In this document: positions 49,327 through 59,818 of the stretch, in pieces
Numbering within the stretch: the stretch's first letter is position 1
How the letters are laid out: every line of letters starts with the position of its first letter
DNA from: Candidatus Latescibacterota bacterium
GTDB lineage: Bacteria; Latescibacterota; UBA2968; UBA8231
Direction of reading: 5' to 3'
Assembly: GCA_965261395.1 (NCBI GenBank)
Contig: OZ253462.1
Span: forward strand, 288,001-352,000
DNA: 64,000 nt
The notes under the pieces: model-generated
Databases searched by the model: none
Seen by the model: the letters and a program-made list of their open reading frames with translations, nothing else
What the model was told of the DNA's origin: nothing
Program-made: the position numbers and the translations under genes

Positions 49327-49914
49327 GTGATGTTGACAACCACGATGCTTCCACCGCAGGCAAGAAGGGCCTTCCACCTGCTCAAACAATTTGAGCGACC
49401 TTGGTTTGTTGCAGGTGGTTGGGCACTAGACCTGTTCTTGGGGCGAATTACACGCGATCACAGCGATTTCGAAATTGCCCTCTTCCGGGAGGATCAATTG
49501 GAACTGCAGCGCATCCTAAAGGGGTGGAGGCTTGAGCTAGCCACACAGGAGGGCCGAAGAATATGGATGCCCAACGAGTGGCTAGAGTTACCATTTCATG
49601 AGCTTCATACGTATGACAGCGAGAACAATCATGTAGAATTCTTACTCAATGAGAAGAACAACTCAGACTGGATTTTCCGCAGGAACAAGGCTATCAAACG
49701 GAAAATCTCCGCTTTGTCTATGTACACCGATGAAGGTATTCCCTTCCTCGGACCAGAGATCGTCTTGCTTTACAAGGCTAAGGAAGGTCGTGACCATGAC
49801 GAACTGGATATGAGGCAGGCAAGGGATCACTTAGTCGGTTCTCGACGCCAATGGCTGTGTCACGCTTTAAGAGTTCATTTGCCAGACCATCCATGGATCT
49901 CTCAACTTCGATGA
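49327..49914 (+). CDS. Nucleotidyltransferase (aminoglycoside-2''-adenylyltransferase-like fold)
   Basis: WFVAGGWALDLFLG..TRDHSDFEI, PEIVLLYKAK, HPW. Confidence 0.82.
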   Translation: MMLTTTMLPPQARRAFHLLKQFERPWFVAGGWALDLFLGRITRDHSDFEIALFREDQLELQRILKGWRLELATQEGRRIWMPNEWLELPFHELHTYDSENNHVEFLLNEKNNSDWIFRRNKAIKRKISALSMYTDEGIPFLGPEIVLLYKAKEGRDHDELDMRQARDHLVGSRRQWLCHALRVHLPDHPWISQLR

Positions 49915-49948
49915 TGATTGTAGGAGTATCAGTAAAGGAATATGGACC

Positions 49949-50188
49949 ATGATTACAGTACGTTCCATTGATCAGAGTGAATTCCCCCGAGTATTAAGTT
50001 TTTATCAAGAGACAGAGTACAGCGGAGGTCTAACAGAGTCTGATCAGGTGGTGATAGCAGAACGTCACGGTAAACTTCTCGCTGCCGTGCGACTATGTGA
50101 GGAAGCTGGAGAGTTAGTCCTGAGAGGTATGCGGGTCTCGACATCTATGCAGCGGCAAGGTATTTGGAGGCCAACAATTGACAAGTAG
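49949..50188 (+). pseudogene. Truncated GNAT acetyltransferase
   Basis: LVLRGMRV..MQRQGI acetyl-CoA motif A, after which similarity is lost. Confidence 0.65.
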
Positions 50189-51089
50189 GTCGCGTGCGCT
50201 TGTCGAGGTCCATGTTGCGGCCCTCCTGTATGGATTCATCGGCCCCTTCGGAAAGGCAGTCGATCTCAACCCACACCAAATCGTCTTTTGGAGGACGTCT
50301 CTGGCAGCAGTCGTTCTACTGGTTATTGCGAGGCGGCTCAAGAGCCACACTCTAGTCAAGAACTGGGCCGACCTGGCTACTTTTACGGCGATCGCTGGAT
50401 TGCTTGCTGTTCATTGGGTGCTCTTCTTCAAGTCGATAAAGGTCTCAACAGTCGCAATTGGCCTAGTGACGACCTACACCTATCCAGTACTCATGGTATT
50501 TCTCGAGAGCTAGTTTTTCAACCTCAGGCTCCGAGCTCTCGATTTCGTAAGTGCCGTTGCGGTCTTGGTGGGTATTTACTATCTGACACCCGAGTTTAAT
50601 TTGTCGGATGCGACTTTCCAAGGGGTTATCTACGGGGTTGCCGCTGGATCAATGATCCCATTCATCGTTCTAATACGGAAGAAGCGAATCATCGACAAGT
50701 ATAATAGCTGGGACATCTCAGCTTATGAAATGGGCATTGCTGGCCTGATTCTTCTCCCGTTCATGCTTTACGATGGAAGTCTCTTCCATATGCCAAGTTT
50801 TAGGGATCTCTTGCTCCTAGTGGTGCTTGGAGTGGTACTAACTGGTTTCGCAAGGGTACTTTTTGTCAACAGCCAGCGACACCTCTCCGGCAAAGTTGTT
50901 GGGATAACCTTGGTACTCGAGGTAGTTTATGGTGTGATTCTCGCACTGATTTTCTTGGCTGCTGTTCCATCGAAGAGGGAAATCATCGGCGGCCTGATCA
51001 TAGTGTCCGTCGCTTTGTTTGAGAGTCTAAGGTCTCGAAGGAATGAAACTGCAGGCCAGGATATCGGTGAGTCAGGGAGCGAGGTTTGA
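50178..51089 (+). pseudogene. EamA/DMT transporter interrupted by an in-frame TAG (50511-50513)
   Basis: ORFs 50178-50513 and 50565-51089 share a frame; IVFWR, HWVLFFKSIK, TYP and LEVVYG motifs. Confidence 0.8.
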
Positions 51090-51213
51090 GCCCATCCACA
51101 CCGAGAGGCTGGCATATCCTATAACACCGTGTCCCCGACTGCGGCGCATTCGCGCCTCCGCCCCAACCTAGCTTCACCACAAATTTCGATAGCCCACGAC
51201 GATCGGAGAATCA

Positions 51214-52611
51214 ATGGAACGTACATCAATAGCGTCTTTCTGGCCTAAAACTTGGCAGTTGTCACTTCACGTAGTGTTAGCTCTGCTCTGCCTACGGGCC
51301 GTCCCCGCCTTCTCGGCCATCGATACCCTCGTCGTCCTGCACACGAACGACTTTCACGGATATATCTCGCCCGACGATGATCGAGCCGCCGGACTGGCCC
51401 GCATCGCCACGTACTTCAACAGCGAGCGCACCCGCCGCTCGAAGGTGCTGGCTCTGGATGCCGGAGACTGCGTATCCGGCACGCCCGTCTCAACCCTCTT
51501 TCAGGGGCGGCCGATTTTTACCGTGATGACAGCCGTCGGCTACGACGCCGTCGCGCTCGGCAACCACGAGTTTGACTATGGTTGGCGCGAGATCCTCGCC
51601 TACCGCGATATCGCCGACTTTCCTCTACTGAGCGCGAACGCGCGCGGTCCTGAAGGCGAACTGATCGCCGACGCGCCCTTCGCGACGCTGAACTTGGAAG
51701 ACCTGCGCGTCGGCATCGTCGGCGTCACAACGCAGAAAACCAGAGAAATCACCACCGCGAATGGCAACGAAGGGGTGACGTTCGACGGGGAAATCGAATC
51801 CGTCCGTTCGGCCGTTGACTCGATCAAAGCCCACGTCGATATCGTCATCCTCCTGTCCCACGCCGGCCACAGTGCTGATAGCACCTTGGCTGAAGCGGTA
51901 GACGACATTGACCTCATTGTCAGCGGTCACAGCCACACAGTCCTCGATCAGCCTCAGATCGTGAAAGGCACTCCGATCGTTCGCGCCGGTGCTTACACAT
52001 CGCACGTCGGCCACGTCCAACTGCTCTACGACCATGATGCGGGACAGGTGACGGAAGTCGAGGGGTTTGTCGTGCCCGCTGCTCAACTTCCGCCGCCGGA
52101 CCCCAAGGTAACTGCCATCGTATCAAAATGGGAGGACCGCGTCTCCCAACTTGTCGACGTCACGATCGGACACACGGAGCGAAACTGGAGTGAGGAGGAG
52201 ATGTACGTGCTCGTAGAGCACATCTTGGCGACCCAGTCCGGCTCGGACATTGGCTTCTACAACAAAGGAGGCGTGAGGAATCGCTTGTATCAGGGCAAAA
52301 TTACAGCCCGCCACATCTGGAACATCCATCCCTTCGGCAATCAACTCGCCATCGTGCAGATTCTTGGGAAGGACATCGGCGGCAAACTGTCGGAACGACT
52401 AACCGCTACGGGCACGGAGATTGATCCCGATAATCTCTATACGGTGGCGACGAATTCCTTTGTCGTCGAGCCACCTCGGCGCGAGTTATTAATCGGGACT
52501 GCCAAGTCGGTGCAGATTGAAGAGGTCCTGATCCGCAACGTAGTTATTAACTACATCAAAGAGGGCGGCCCCATCGACGCGCTGTTGACGCCGACCACAG
52601 TGGAAGAGTGA
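51214..52611 (+). CDS. 5'-nucleotidase/UDP-sugar hydrolase family metallophosphoesterase
   Basis: LHTNDFHG, DAGD, LGNHEFD, SHAG, SGHSH, HPFGN. Confidence 0.92.
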   Translation: MERTSIASFWPKTWQLSLHVVLALLCLRAVPAFSAIDTLVVLHTNDFHGYISPDDDRAAGLARIATYFNSERTRRSKVLALDAGDCVSGTPVSTLFQGRPIFTVMTAVGYDAVALGNHEFDYGWREILAYRDIADFPLLSANARGPEGELIADAPFATLNLEDLRVGIVGVTTQKTREITTANGNEGVTFDGEIESVRSAVDSIKAHVDIVILLSHAGHSADSTLAEAVDDIDLIVSGHSHTVLDQPQIVKGTPIVRAGAYTSHVGHVQLLYDHDAGQVTEVEGFVVPAAQLPPPDPKVTAIVSKWEDRVSQLVDVTIGHTERNWSEEEMYVLVEHILATQSGSDIGFYNKGGVRNRLYQGKITARHIWNIHPFGNQLAIVQILGKDIGGKLSERLTATGTEIDPDNLYTVATNSFVVEPPRRELLIGTAKSVQIEEVLIRNVVINYIKEGGPIDALLTPTTVEE

Positions 52612-52642
52612 TATGGGCCGTCGAGACAGAAGCGCCTAGAAC

Positions 52643-53530
52643 TCAAGCCCCACTTAACCCTTCGTGGGCGTAGTGCCAGTCCTCCAAGTGATTGAGCAAC
52701 ACCCCTGAAGTCCAAGTCGGGGGGCGCTGCAAGGTGGCGTGTATCTCAGCCTGCTTGGCGGCGATGTGCTCGCGTTCAAGCAGGAGTTGGTTGAAGGCCG
52801 CCACCGTTTCTTTTTCGATTTCGATAGTACCTTCCCGCCGCACCCAGTCCTCAAATGCGAGATAGGTCGGCATCTCCTCGCGGAGAAACGCAAGGGCTGC
52901 GTCCTGATCCACCTGTAAGATCTGCAAGCAGCGCTGGTCGAGGCTGCCCTCGGCGCAGTCGGGGTAGTCGAGATGCAGCCAGCCCCTGGCGCGCAGGCAG
53001 GTCTTGAGCCAAGTGCGAGGTAGCTGGCAGATGCCCAACGGGCCTTGGTCAATGCTACTGAGGGTAGGGGCCACAGGCCCAGGCAGGCCCGGGGCACCGG
53101 GAGCGAAGACGCGGCGGTGAAAAAGGTGCCAGTCCTGTAGGCAGTTGAGCAGCACGGCCGATCCTTCGGTCGCCTCCTCCTGCGACCAGCCTATATCCCC
53201 ATAGGTTTCGTCGATTTTGGCCGGGACATAATGGGTGCGCGACACCAGCGACTTGTTCCAGCGCGCGATGCGGGTGTCCTCGTGGGTACCTTCGGCGGTC
53301 ACCCACTCCTCGAACTGTAGGTAGGTAGGCCGCTGATCCCACAAAAAATTCAAGGCGCGGTCTTGGTCGAGGTGCAGCACCTCCAGCACGTATTTGTCGA
53401 GACCGCCGCTGCAAAAGGGATAGTCCGCGTCGAGTTGCCCGGCTTGGTGGAGGAGGTTTTTCCACCACAGACGCGGTAGCTGGGCCACGCCCAGCGGGCC
53501 TTGACAGAGAGTGCTGACCAATGGAATCAC
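52643..53530 (-). CDS. Hypothetical protein with two tandem DUF5069-like domains
   Basis: GPLG..QLPR.W.K...DYP and VLLN.L.DWH..H each occur twice. Confidence 0.65.
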   Translation of the reverse strand: MIPLVSTLCQGPLGVAQLPRLWWKNLLHQAGQLDADYPFCSGGLDKYVLEVLHLDQDRALNFLWDQRPTYLQFEEWVTAEGTHEDTRIARWNKSLVSRTHYVPAKIDETYGDIGWSQEEATEGSAVLLNCLQDWHLFHRRVFAPGAPGLPGPVAPTLSSIDQGPLGICQLPRTWLKTCLRARGWLHLDYPDCAEGSLDQRCLQILQVDQDAALAFLREEMPTYLAFEDWVRREGTIEIEKETVAAFNQLLLEREHIAAKQAEIHATLQRPPTWTSGVLLNHLEDWHYAHEGLSGA

Positions 53531-53542
53531 AATTTGCTCCTT

Positions 53543-54397
53543 TCAGGTGGCCGCCAACTCAAACAGCGGTGCGTTCCCCTCGGCGCGCACCCGCAAGTCC
53601 TCCACTTCGGCGGCCGTGATAGGCGCGAGGCGGTCGGCCATGTCCAAGGCCATTTCAAAGAGGGGGGCTTCACCGGGCGGCAGGGCGGCAGTGATGGGCT
53701 GCGATAGGGCGAAGCGCAGGGCTAGCTCGGCTAGTTCCGGCTCGTCAATGGGATCGTACCAGCATTTGGCGTAGCGTTTGGGTGCCCCTTGGGGTAGGCG
53801 CGAGCGGGCCATGGCTTTGAGGGCTAGACAGGCGGTGCCGCACTCTTGGGCCTTGGCTACGACTTGAGGGCCGAAGTCGGCCTGGAAGTAATTGACCCAG
53901 TTGACGGGAAAGAGCACCGAGTCAAAGGGAAAATGGTCCAGCAATTTCAAGGCGATTTCAGCCGAGTGGGCCGAAAAACCTATGTAGCGCACCAATCCTT
54001 GATCGCGGGCCTCCACAAACGCCGCCAAGGCTCCGTCGGGAGCAGTGGCCGCGGCGAAATCCTCATCCGTGGTCATGGCGTGCAATTGGTACAGGTCGAA
54101 GTGGTCGGTGCGCATGATTTTGAGCGATTGGCGCAACTCGGCGGCGGCCCCGGCCCGCGTGCGCTGGGTCGTCTTGCAGGCCAAGAATACATCGTTGCGA
54201 TACGGTTCCAAAGCTGGCCCTAGACGCTCTTCGGCGTTGCCATAGGACGGAGCCACGTCAAAGTAATTGACGCCGCGCTCGACAACTCGTCCCACCAAGC
54301 GGGCGGCCTCAGCCGCTTCCACTTGGCTGACGACGATGCCGCCAAAGCCGATTACGGAGAGGTGTTCACCCGTGGTGCCGTAGGGACGTCGCTGCAT
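53543..54397 (-). CDS. Aldo/keto reductase
   Basis: GVNYFDVAPSYG, LACKT, DLYQLH, IGFSAH. Confidence 0.9.
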   Translation of the reverse strand: MQRRPYGTTGEHLSVIGFGGIVVSQVEAAEAARLVGRVVERGVNYFDVAPSYGNAEERLGPALEPYRNDVFLACKTTQRTRAGAAAELRQSLKIMRTDHFDLYQLHAMTTDEDFAAATAPDGALAAFVEARDQGLVRYIGFSAHSAEIALKLLDHFPFDSVLFPVNWVNYFQADFGPQVVAKAQECGTACLALKAMARSRLPQGAPKRYAKCWYDPIDEPELAELALRFALSQPITAALPPGEAPLFEMALDMADRLAPITAAEVEDLRVRAEGNAPLFELAAT

Positions 54398-54445
54398 AGA
54401 TATTCTCCTATTTTCCGGTGGAACAGATGCGTTATCGTCGGGAAT

Positions 54446-55594
54446 CTACTCAAACGCCGTTTCGCCGCACTTGTGCCCCTCAATGTAATCCCAATCCATC
54501 TCCACGCCCAAACCCGGCCCCTGCGGCACAGGCACATGGCCTTGGGCATCGACGTTTTCCAGCTCGTCGGTGAATTCGGGGGGATAGACGGGCGGCTTGG
54601 TGTTTTTGACTAGGGGATGGAGCAGGCCCAATTCGTAGTAGTTGGTGTTGCGGATGGCGGCAATGCAATGGCGGTGCGCCAAGCCGCCGCCGTGGAACTC
54701 GCAGTCGAGACCAAAGCCCTCGGCGGCGTGGGCGACCTTCATCGCGCCAGTGATGCCGCCGTCCTCAAACGTGCCGACGCGGACGAAGTCCGTGCCGCCG
54801 TGGGCAATGAAGTCCACGTGCTGCTCGAGACCAAAGATGTGCTCGGTCTGCAAAAGCGGCGTCTTGAGCAATTCGCGGAGCTTCTTGTGGGCGAAGATGG
54901 AGACGCCGCCATCCTGATAGGGATCCTCGAGCCAGAAGTAGCCCGCCTCGTCGCAGGCGCGGCCTACGCGCAGAGCGTCCGCCCACGTCTCGTATTCGCA
55001 GGCCGGGTCAATCATCAGGTCCATGCGCTCGCCCACGCGGTCGCCGACGGCAAGGACATTGGCTACTTCGCGGGCGATGGGGGCGTTGCCCCAGCCGTGA
55101 ATCTTGAACGCGGGATAGCCGATCGCCGCGCACTGCTCGGCGAAGTCGGCAAAGGCTTCCGGCGTGCTCAGGCCGCCGTTCTCGTCGCCGTGATAAGTCG
55201 AAGCATAGGCGGGGATAGTCTTTCTCCAGCCGCCCAAAAGCTGCCAGATAGGCGCGCCGTACACCTTACCGGCGAAATCCCAGAGTGCCACGTCAACAGC
55301 GCAGATGTCGGTGCGAGCCGAGTGGCGCAGACCGCGCTTGATATCGTTGTACATTCGCTCGCGGGCAAACGGGTCGCGGCCGAGCAGGTAGCGGGCGACG
55401 TTTTCGGGCACTGGGCGGCCGAGGCATTCGCCGGTGATGCCCATGCTGGTGTGGATGCGTACCACGCAGGGCGTCATCGGCAGCGTCGCGCCCTGCTGGT
55501 AAACTTGATTAAAACCGTTGTAGTCGGTGCCCATGTTTTCGATCTGATGGGCAAAGTAAATATTTTCGATCTTGGTGATTTTGGGGTCGGACAT
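54446..55594 (-). CDS. Mandelate racemase family protein
   Basis: VDVALWD, AYAST, FKIH, WLEDP, PGLGVE. Confidence 0.88.
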   Translation of the reverse strand: MSDPKITKIENIYFAHQIENMGTDYNGFNQVYQQGATLPMTPCVVRIHTSMGITGECLGRPVPENVARYLLGRDPFARERMYNDIKRGLRHSARTDICAVDVALWDFAGKVYGAPIWQLLGGWRKTIPAYASTYHGDENGGLSTPEAFADFAEQCAAIGYPAFKIHGWGNAPIAREVANVLAVGDRVGERMDLMIDPACEYETWADALRVGRACDEAGYFWLEDPYQDGGVSIFAHKKLRELLKTPLLQTEHIFGLEQHVDFIAHGGTDFVRVGTFEDGGITGAMKVAHAAEGFGLDCEFHGGGLAHRHCIAAIRNTNYYELGLLHPLVKNTKPPVYPPEFTDELENVDAQGHVPVPQGPGLGVEMDWDYIEGHKCGETAFE

Positions 55595-55623
55595 GAGGTT
55601 CCGTTCCTTTCGGGAAAAGGGGA

Positions 55624-56340
55624 TCAGCAAAAGGGTTTTGGCATTTGATCCCACGTTTTGTTGTCCAGCGTCCGGCCCGTCTTTTTCTTGAATACGCCAC
55701 CCCATTGTTTGAAGAAGAACGGCACATCGCTCCGCAAACAGTGATCGCGGATGGCTCGCACCCAGTCGACTTCCATCGGCCGGGCACCCGGCCCAGATTC
55801 ACCGCCGACGATAACCCAGCCAATTCCCGTCAAGTCCATATCAGACAAAGGGCCGAGCAGAGGTTCGAGAGACAGAAACTTCGTCTTTGCCCCAGTCTCT
55901 TTGAGCCGTGTCATCCGACCCAACCATCTTGAAGATTCAATGCTTGTGCCGAGCCAGATGTTCGGCGTCCAGTTCAGCCTTCCATCGAGCTGCGCAACGC
56001 GATCTGGACGTTTGGTAAGCACTTGGAACGTGTGCTGAGACGCCTCGTTCATGGTTGCAAATACCGATTCTATAAAGGCCGAGGGAACGGACTTATGGAA
56101 CAGATCGGACATGGAATTGACGAATACTATGCTAGGCTTCTTCCAGCGAATCGGCTCGCGCAAGGCTTCTGGGTGGACCGTAACCGCAAATCCGTATTTG
56201 TATTTTTTGGCTCCCATCGCTTGCAGCCTTTGCGACATCCTTTCGGCATAGCAATGCTTGCAGCCATGGCTGATCTTCGTGCAACCGGTCACCGGATTCC
56301 ACGTAGTCTCGGTCCATTCGATTTTGGAGCGCGTGGACAT
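55624..56340 (-). CDS. DUF5131 / phage Gp37-Gp68 family three-Cys-motif protein
   Basis: [57 protein letters not shown]. Confidence 0.93.
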   Translation of the reverse strand: MSTRSKIEWTETTWNPVTGCTKISHGCKHCYAERMSQRLQAMGAKKYKYGFAVTVHPEALREPIRWKKPSIVFVNSMSDLFHKSVPSAFIESVFATMNEASQHTFQVLTKRPDRVAQLDGRLNWTPNIWLGTSIESSRWLGRMTRLKETGAKTKFLSLEPLLGPLSDMDLTGIGWVIVGGESGPGARPMEVDWVRAIRDHCLRSDVPFFFKQWGGVFKKKTGRTLDNKTWDQMPKPFC

Positions 56341-56342
56341 AT

Positions 56343-56450
56343 TTACAAGTCCTTTAGGATATGCTCCGCTATACCCATTGCGGGGCCGATTCCCTTCGGG
56401 TTCCCAACACAGAATAGAAATTCAAACAACGCTGAATTCCTTGAGTTCCG
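56343..56450 (-). pseudogene. C-terminal remnant of three-Cys-motif partner protein (TcmP-like)
   Basis: Hand translation [35 protein letters not shown] ends 2 nt before the DUF5131 start. Confidence 0.6.
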
Positions 56451-56451
56451 C

Positions 56452-58827
56452 TCAAGAGCGGCCTAAGATTATATTTTCCCTTACTCTTTGGAGATATTTT
56501 TCATTTTCAACATCGTTTTGGTTCGGATAGCCTTCTTTAATCAATTCTTCTATCGCCCGATCAACTAAATCTGCGGGTAGATTCGTTGCATTATATGTAT
56601 CGGCCAAGGCAGCCTTGACGTTCCTATACACACTACCGGTATTAGTAAACCCCATTTCTTCGGTTCTTTCCTTTAGAGCCTTTATTCTCAATTCTCTAAT
56701 TGACCTCCCTGGACGCTTGCGCTTCTCCTCTCCGATATAGTTGCATATGAATCTTAAATCTTCGTTTGCTCTATCTTGTGTATTCATTGATCCGCGTTTA
56801 GTCGTACCTCTTCTCTTTGGCGGCGATGGATTTTTATACGTCTTACGCAACTCTTCTATCTCAGGCTCCAAAAATTCAGCGTTGACATAAGTGCGAAAAG
56901 CTTCTGTTGCCGTGAAGCACCGATATCCAGCCGCGCTGGCCCTTGAGAGCACTTCAGCCGGTTCGTTCAGCAGAACCGCCACCGGAACGCTCAGTTCGGA
57001 TTGAAGACCGTCGGGCCAAGCAAGGTCGAGTACGGCGAGTTGGGTGCCGGTGGCTTCATCAGACAAGTCGAAACTGATCTGGCCCCGTGGCAGCCCTTGT
57101 CTTTCTACCCAGTCGTTAATAGCCTCAATCTCTCCTTCTTCTGCTTCAGTGGAGATGCCGTCGGGCGGGACTTCAGCGGCGGCGACTGTGTCAGCCTCAG
57201 CTAGGTCCGCCGAAGTTGCCACCGCTGAAGTATCTAGCCACTCAGTATCGCCGTGTAGAAGTTGCGCAAACTGATGGTTTGCCTCTCTGGCCAAAAGCTC
57301 CCTTCGCGCCTCAAGGAAGTAGAAATAATTCTCGATTTTCCATAAATTCCGGTCGCTTGGAATCCACTGCGATGCTAATGCACCCGGATGTTGCTCCTCG
57401 ATCTCGGCGAAATACTCTTCGGGCAGGCGGTCGCGAATAGAAAGATTTGTGCCCTTCGTCAGGAAACAGTAATTGGCCAGTGAGTGGACATGAGATAGTC
57501 GGAGTCCACACTTGTACAGTCGGGCTTTGGGAAAGATGTGATGTACTTCAAGCTGACTCATCTTGCCGAGAAGATTCGCACGCAACGGAAGTCCATTTCC
57601 CCAGTCCCGAGACTCGCCTATGCGCGTCAGCATGTAGAGCACAGGGTAAAACCGCGTTCCAAGTCCCCAAGGTGTGAAGTGTTCGGGCTCGATGCGAAGC
57701 TCGCCATGCCATGACTTCATTTCCTCCAACAGTGCGTCAAGGTTACCCCCAGACTCTTCAAGTACTGCTAAATCTCGGTCAAGTTTGGACTCCGTTGCTC
57801 CAGAGTAACGACCCCACATCCCCGCCTGGGCAAACCAGAACAACAGTTTGTCACGCTCTTTTTCACTGAGCATTCCTTGTTTCCGGTCCAAGTAACGCAC
57901 TATGACCGGTACGGCTAGAGGTGCGAAAAAGACCCGTTTGTGATCGAGTCCAAGCCGCCCGGCGATCATGTTCAAGCAGTCATCGATATATTTGGTGGCG
58001 CGCCGCAGACAGTCCTGGATGTCCAGCGAGTCTTGATTGTGCAGATAACTGAACTGTGCTTCACCAGTGAGCAGTGTGTTGACTGAACGCAGCAGCCAGT
58101 TGAGCGTGAACTCGTACCCGGCTTCCTCCCACTTGTTCAGCTTGGCCTTCATAATGCCTCGGGCGTCGGGCCATTCGGCACAAACTTTGGCAAGGGCCAG
58201 ATCGCCCTTGGACAGTTTGGTCCCACCGCTATTGACGCGATTGAAAATGTCCACGACGACATCAAGGGTCTTGTCCGTGCCAGTGACTTCGTCAAGATGC
58301 AGGTCGATCTCGGCAATACCGAGGATCCTGTTCAGGCGACCGATGTAGGCACTCATTTTTTCTGCATGTTCGGGACTTGTGTTGAGCTTCGCGATGAATC
58401 CACCAAGACCGTCGATACCCTTCTGCATCAGATCGGTCACGTCCACCCATAGCGGATCGTCCTTCATCGACGTCTTGTAGAACCCGAAGATTTCTTCCTC
58501 TAAGTGAAACCGAAGTCCAGTGAAAGTCGACTCGTTGCCGTCGAAGAACTTCGGTGGACGGCCACGCATCACGCCGTACAGCGAGGTTACTCGCTGCTGG
58601 CCATCAAGCAACATATTAACGGTTCCAACCGCTATCGGGCCTTCGCCCCGATGCGCCGCTCCCTTCGCTTCGGTCACCCAGACCAGCAAGCCGCCTACCG
58701 GATGCCGTCGGTAGAGCGAGTCAAAGAATTCGCGCACTTGTTTGCGGCTCCAGACATAGCCGCGCTGAAATTCGGGCAAGGCGATATGACCAGAGTCGAT
58801 GTGGTCGAGAATGGTCGAGATTTTCAT
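56452..58827 (-). CDS. DUF262/GmrSD-like restriction protein with HNH-like region and extended C-terminus
   Basis: LPEFQRGYVW, LLDGQQR, IFNRVNSGG, LEVHHIFPK, ANYCFL, LDLAWP. Confidence 0.85.
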   Translation of the reverse strand: MKISTILDHIDSGHIALPEFQRGYVWSRKQVREFFDSLYRRHPVGGLLVWVTEAKGAAHRGEGPIAVGTVNMLLDGQQRVTSLYGVMRGRPPKFFDGNESTFTGLRFHLEEEIFGFYKTSMKDDPLWVDVTDLMQKGIDGLGGFIAKLNTSPEHAEKMSAYIGRLNRILGIAEIDLHLDEVTGTDKTLDVVVDIFNRVNSGGTKLSKGDLALAKVCAEWPDARGIMKAKLNKWEEAGYEFTLNWLLRSVNTLLTGEAQFSYLHNQDSLDIQDCLRRATKYIDDCLNMIAGRLGLDHKRVFFAPLAVPVIVRYLDRKQGMLSEKERDKLLFWFAQAGMWGRYSGATESKLDRDLAVLEESGGNLDALLEEMKSWHGELRIEPEHFTPWGLGTRFYPVLYMLTRIGESRDWGNGLPLRANLLGKMSQLEVHHIFPKARLYKCGLRLSHVHSLANYCFLTKGTNLSIRDRLPEEYFAEIEEQHPGALASQWIPSDRNLWKIENYFYFLEARRELLAREANHQFAQLLHGDTEWLDTSAVATSADLAEADTVAAAEVPPDGISTEAEEGEIEAINDWVERQGLPRGQISFDLSDEATGTQLAVLDLAWPDGLQSELSVPVAVLLNEPAEVLSRASAAGYRCFTATEAFRTYVNAEFLEPEIEELRKTYKNPSPPKRRGTTKRGSMNTQDRANEDLRFICNYIGEEKRKRPGRSIRELRIKALKERTEEMGFTNTGSVYRNVKAALADTYNATNLPADLVDRAIEELIKEGYPNQNDVENEKYLQRVRENIILGRS

Positions 58828-58978
58828 ATTAGCTCCTCAAATTATTTCGCTCCCACTATCTTCTGAAAAATTCGTCCAAACAGTAAATGCCGTACAGCGT
58901 ACATATCCTTACAGACTCTTCAATTCATAGAGGTGGGTGCAGGCGGCGCGGCGGTTTTCGGTTCCCTACCGTCTTCTC

Positions 58979-59818
58979 TCAAGCAAAAACTGTCAGTCGT
59001 GCAGGATTGGCGGGATTGACGGCCCACAGTTCCGCTGGATCGTAACCGCGCACGGCCTGCGGGGGCTGCGCTGGTAGTGCCCACTCCGGGTTGAAGCGCT
59101 CGATTAGCGCGGCGAGGTTTTTGTAGGCAATGCGGTCCTTGAGGTCGTCGTCAACTGGAGCTTCCTCAATGACCTTCTGCAATATCCGATAGTCGTAATA
59201 GGGCAGATCGGCACCAAAAATCAGCCGCTCGCGGCCCACCTTGTCGGCAAACCACGCAAAATCCCACTCAGAGCCTGATCCATCCGGGTACTGGACAACC
59301 TCGAAAAACACATTGTCGTGCCGGGCCAGATGCTCGGCGGCCCAAGTACTGGCATGGGCGATGAACGTGCAGTGCGGGAACATTGCGGCGATGCGGTCCA
59401 TGAGCGGGTTGTGCATATGCAGGTTGACCAAGCCCTCCCGGGCGGCGGCAGCCTCGACGAAGGGGATGCACCACTCGGCGATGGGCGGATGGCCGACGAT
59501 GCCGACCAAGCCCAATTCGCTCATCGCCCTTTCGGCCTCTTCAATGCCCAGTTTGCCAAAGCGCGCCTCAATCAAGGCCAAACCAATGGGAAAGACGCCG
59601 GGAAAATCGCGGCAGGCGCGGGCGATGACCTCGTTCTGACGACGGATATCTACTATACCGCGGGTAATCGGGCTGCCGACAGCGGTGGGCATGGATATCG
59701 CGGCGTGGATGTGGGTCTCGGCGAAGCGCGTGAGGCACATGGCGGTGTTTTGGCCAACCGGTGGCACGCGGTCGATGGTGCGGCCGATGTGGTTGTGGCA
59801 GTCGATATAGGGACGCAT
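58979..59818 (-). CDS. Amidohydrolase family protein
   Basis: IDCHNH, LHMH, IAH, LIFGADLP. Confidence 0.85.
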   Translation of the reverse strand: MRPYIDCHNHIGRTIDRVPPVGQNTAMCLTRFAETHIHAAISMPTAVGSPITRGIVDIRRQNEVIARACRDFPGVFPIGLALIEARFGKLGIEEAERAMSELGLVGIVGHPPIAEWCIPFVEAAAAREGLVNLHMHNPLMDRIAAMFPHCTFIAHASTWAAEHLARHDNVFFEVVQYPDGSGSEWDFAWFADKVGRERLIFGADLPYYDYRILQKVIEEAPVDDDLKDRIAYKNLAALIERFNPEWALPAQPPQAVRGYDPAELWAVNPANPARLTVFA

